Source of the DNA: the human T2T-CHM13v2.0 reference genome, Homo sapiens
NCBI RefSeq assembly: GCF_009914755.1
Contig: NC_060925.1
Direction: 5' to 3' (one strand)
Length of the DNA stretch: 64,000 bases
Part shown: one piece after another, positions 60,885 through 64,000 of the stretch
Layout of the letters: every line of letters begins with the position of its first letter
How positions within the stretch are numbered: the stretch's first letter is position 1
Made by a program: the position numbers and the translations under genes
Notes under the pieces: model-generated
The model's input: only the letters and a program-made list of their open reading frames with translations
Told to the model about the DNA's origin: nothing
Database searches by the model: none

Positions 60885-61215
60885 TGTGTAGACATTTGTC
60901 ATTCCTTTTAGCTGCTCAGTGACTGAACTTCCCCTTGGGTTTGAGGAATCTCCTCCCCACCTTATGAGACAAAGACCTCTATTCAGCAAAGAATCTGAAA
61001 TTTCCATATATTCACTTTCCTAACCACCCTTACAGTAAGAGTGCTGTCACATGATCTAGCCTTCACCAATCAGATACTCTAGTCCTAAATTTCGTGGCAA
61101 GAACCAGTGAGGTTAAGAAGCAGCAACTGACCAAAATCCATTCTGGTGGTGCTGTGACAAAGGTAGCCATGACGTTCTGTTTCAGAGGCAGCAAAAGCAG
61201 AGGTTCTAGTGCATC
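60885..61215. mobile_element. ERVL-class LTR fragment (LTR33/LTR50-like)
   Basis: tgtagacatttgtcattccttttagctgctcag..gtcacatgatctagccttcaccaatcagat. Confidence 0.5.
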
Positions 61216-61224
61216 CAGAGCTTA

Positions 61225-61402
61225 TCTTCTTCTGACTTACTTGTGTACTATGATTTATTATGTATTATGCTTATTGTTAATTGTGTTAGAATGTTAGCTC
61301 CATAGGGGCAGGAATCTTTGCTTTGTTCAGTTGTGTGTCCCAAGCATCTAGAGCAGGGCCTGGCACAAAGTAGGAGCTCAATAAACATTTATGAATGAGT
61401 GT
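61225..61402 (+). mobile_element. L2 3' end
   Basis: agctccatagggggcagga..ctagagcagggcctggcacaaagtaggagctcaataaacatttatgaatgag. Confidence 0.85.
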
Positions 61403-61414
61403 GCGCTGAGATGA

Positions 61415-63295
<1,881 letters not shown>

Positions 63296-63479
63296 TCTGT
63301 AAAGAGGAAATGAGACATGCTTGGTATGATTTGTTCATAGTCAATGTGTTCTGAGGCTAAATTAATCCACCATTTTAATTTCTAAATGAAATGTTCATTT
63401 ACTGTTTCCAAAAATTGGCTACAGCATTTTGCCAAGGACCAATCATCAAACTTGCCAATTTTTATTATCCAAAGACACT

Positions 63480-63970
63480 CATTACTCATCACCAAGTGCT
63501 GCTAATTTTGTCTTCTAAATATTTATTGACCTCACCCCTCCTCTCTATCCTCACTTTTTGCACTGGTTAAGGCCTTTATCCTGACCGCACCTCCAGCTTC
63601 ATTCTGGTTTCCCTCCATTTCACCCTCCACTCTGCCATGAGAGCAGTCTTTTTACAACACTGTTATACCACATTATTCATTTACCAAAACCTTCCCATAG
63701 CTCTTATGGCCCCAGGGCCACAGGGTTCTTGGTGAACCTACCAGACTCTCCTGACCCAAGCCCTGTCTGCATCTCCCCATCTCTCTTCAGCTGAGAATAC
63801 AGAGGTGCTCATGGTTCTCTGAGCTCACCCTGCCACTTTACAACTCCTTGGCTTTGTTCATACCATTGCTTCAATCTAGAACCTTCTTCATTTGCTAACT
63901 CTCTGCCTTCCCCATGCCTCAGGCCCAACATCTGCTCCTCCAGGAAGACTTCTCTGACCCACCAGGCTGG
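63480..63970 (+). mobile_element. L2 fragment
   Basis: atcaccaagt..ctccactctgcc..aaaaccttcccatagctc..tttgttcataccatt..ctcctccaggaagacttctctgacc. Confidence 0.7.
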
Positions 63971-64000
63971 GTCACAAAAGTGAACAAACCAATACTGCTT

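Overview
This is primate, almost certainly human, non-coding genomic DNA (intergenic or deep intronic). No protein-coding gene, RNA gene, CRISPR array or CpG-island promoter could be supported. Roughly half the window is interspersed repeat: about 20 Alus (J, S and Y grades), L1 pieces of many ages, L2, MIR, L3/CR1, MaLR/ERVL LTRs and hAT/Tigger DNA transposon fossils. The largest element is a ~9.5 kb near-full-length L1MA-type LINE (47663-57178) carrying five nested insertions. The listed ORFs are Alu/L1-derived or chance ORFs. The most interesting structures are records of DNA mobility and repair. (1) A TSD-flanked, polyadenylated ~750-bp retrocopy inside the L1MA, headed by an AluSc right arm and carrying ~560 nt of foreign flank (candidate orphan or Alu-headed 3' transduction). 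(2) An 80-bp segment copied from 1.1 kb downstream into an AluJ. (3) A tailless L1 fragment flanked by a perfect 25-bp direct repeat inside a hairpin. (4) Tracts of CpG-creating weak-to-strong substitutions. (5) Repeat-free blocks with TALE/homeobox motifs and splice-site-bounded non-coding candidate exons. Repeat subfamily names come from recalled consensus motifs, not a RepeatMasker run. Boundaries of old repeats are approximate and the genomic locus was not identified.
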